DNA from: Tubiluchus corallicola | Taxonomy: Eukaryota > Animalia > Priapulida | Assembly: GCA_030141605.1 (NCBI GenBank) | Contig: JAQGDQ010000590.1 | Span: 70,190 to 134,189 of the forward strand | Direction of reading: 5' to 3' | Length of the DNA: 64,000 nucleotides | In this document: positions 61,833-64,000 of the stretch, in pieces | Position numbering within the stretch: position 1 is the first letter of the stretch | Layout of the letters: every line of letters starts with the position of its first letter | Notes under the pieces: generated by a model | The model's database searches: none | The model's input: the letters and a program-made list of their open reading frames with translations, nothing else | Told to the model about the DNA's origin: nothing | Made by a program: the position numbers and the translations under genes

Positions 61833-64000
61833 GCACATACAGTAGCAGAAAAGTCATAGGTTTTACAAGACGTATTTTGAATGGTGCAGTCCTGAATGAG
61901 TTAAGTTTCATTGTGATTTCATGTTATTGATTTTATTATCATCTTAATAATAGCATTGCTTCTTTTAAGTGTTACTGTGCCTTACAAATTTGCAGAATGT
62001 TTGAAAACGTTTGCAGTTTGACGTATAGTAACGATTAGAGAGGAAAAACAGAAGAAATGTTTTACGGGATGTGACTGCTGTTCATACATCATTGCCTAAA
62101 TTTGCTAACATCTCTTTGGAAGGTGCTGCCACCTTCGTTACCGGATCGTGCGTGCATGTGCAGCAGGATGCGTAGTTTCCCTGGCATTGTTCTCGGTTTG
62201 CATTGTTAAGAGGCAGATGGTCGGAGGTCACATGACTTTACGGTGAAAAATTATGTCAATTATATGGTGAATAAGTTAGAAATGCGGTGAATAAGTTAGT
62301 AATGCGGTGAATTCATGTAGTAAATATAGTGGATACTATAGTAATTACGAAACGTTTATACGGTGATATGATTACGTTGTTTAGGAATGACATCGTATCT
62401 CTTCATCTGTATTGTAACAATAAAGACGTTTGTGTAATTTGATTCACTGTTTTATGCGTTAAAATTATTTTCACCCGTTGAAGGCGTAATAACCACCCCG
62501 CAATCCGAACGAATAGCTGGTGAAGTTACACGGGATAATCGGATTTTAAGAACAAGTACATAATAATGTGTTCCAGACGATGTTTGTTATATTTTATCTA
62601 ATATACATGTGCTACATATATGCAAATCGTGTTAAGGGCAAATTACCCATTTAATTAGTTTCCCGTTTTGCCTGAATCCGTTATTTTTAATTTTCTCACG
62701 TGAGGGAGCCACAAACTTGATCGGACAGGTGAGCAATTGACGTCAAACATATTGGTCTCCACCTCCGCTGCAACGTTAGCATGCTCAGCAGCATTCGGGT
62801 GAACAGCTCACGCAGGACAACAACTGTCCAAGCTAAACATGACATGAACAGCATGAACAGCATGACAGTGTCAACTAATGTCTAATTAGCAGATAAACTG
62901 ATTGCATTTCTTCATAAACCAAATTTGCGAAGCAGCAGCTAGTTTTACACAAAATTAACACTTTACGTAGCCAGAAAATGACTTTTCAATTTAAACAGAA
63001 TGTAGAGGCGAAGATTCAAAGCACTACAAAATACAGAGACATAAGTATAATAAAGAAACGAAGTCAGTTAGCCTTGCTTTACAATAAACGAGCAACAAAA
63101 ATATCAAGTCTATCTTATCTTTAAACATACGAATATCAAGCCTGCGATGTATTTTTCTGTATTAATTAATCATGTGCTCGTCTGCAAGATTTATCAAGTT
63201 TTTGTATTTTTCAGTTGGCAGGCTACGGAAATGGAATAAATTTGACTGTTCTTTCCATAAACGAGCCTTATATTGAATGCCCGAGTCACATAAGTCCCAA
63301 TTGTATCTTCTAACCATGATTATAACTAGAAAACAGCGTAAAATGAGCTAATATTACATTGATGTATAATACAATTTTGACGACATTTGAAATAATTTTT
63401 AAGATCTCATTGAGATTTTTAAAAACTGGACAGAAAAGAGAACATTTAGTTTTGTCCTTATTTAAAGTTAAAGAAATAATTGTTTTTACCTAACTTGCAA
63501 AGCCATAAACAAAACTAAACCCCGTATTTTCTGGATTGCATAATGGTTTAATTAGTAACTCATTGACGTAAGCGTTTTGCATTTCTTCATATAAACAAAA
63601 CTAGACGTTATATTTTCACTAATTCGTTTCCAATTTCAATTGACAATAATAAAATCTTCAATTAGGACACCTGGTAAGTACTTTTTGTGCTCAAATTTCC
63701 AGACCCACATAATAAATCCATGGAAGCGTCTGTTGCAACGAGTCATCAGACGTGTTGGAATTCGACAGTGTATCTGAAGGGTTAAAATAAGTGATTAATA
63801 ACCATGCCTCGGAGGAACTTAGTAAGTCTCCCTTTTTAGAAATCAGTATTATATGGGGGAATGCTTATGTATTGCGGCATTAGGAAGTGCAACCCAGTAA
63901 GACAATTAACTTAAAAATTAACAAAATGCTCGTTATCTCCGAATATAAAAATCTACACTACAAAATCACATGAATTCGTAATTAATTCTTGCAGAACATA

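Overview
AT-rich, repeat-dense animal (invertebrate-type) genomic DNA with spliceosomal introns; not prokaryotic, and no CRISPR, rRNA or true tRNA seen. Reading splice sites and codon phases by hand gives these genes. (1) The last 14 coding exons of an Ellis-van Creveld (EVC)-like coiled-coil gene on + (238-23566). (2) An intact, intronless copine (C2-C2-vWA) nested on the same strand inside one EVC intron (14291-15931). (3) A convergent 3-exon spondin-2/mindin-like gene on - (25344-30873) with a degenerate Spondin_N domain. (4) An intronless BTB-BACK gene with a MATH-like C-terminus on - (40574-41851), followed by two decayed partial copies and preceded by a broken OTU-protease/CXC ORF. This block is bracketed by inverted 40-bp CTCF-like motifs. 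(5) A 5-exon signal peptide-PAN/apple-F5/8C (discoidin) gene on + (48338-60621) with one in-frame TAA. The rest is MITE-like non-autonomous DNA transposons (many TTAA|AGG...CCT|TTAA), LINE/SINE relics and many minisatellites. The most unusual theme is that several tandem arrays are built from, or abut, functional boundaries: splice acceptors, a donor, a stop codon and TE ends. One array is made of about 63 perfect-looking 26-nt GT...AG units. All family assignments are by motif recognition from memory, not database search.
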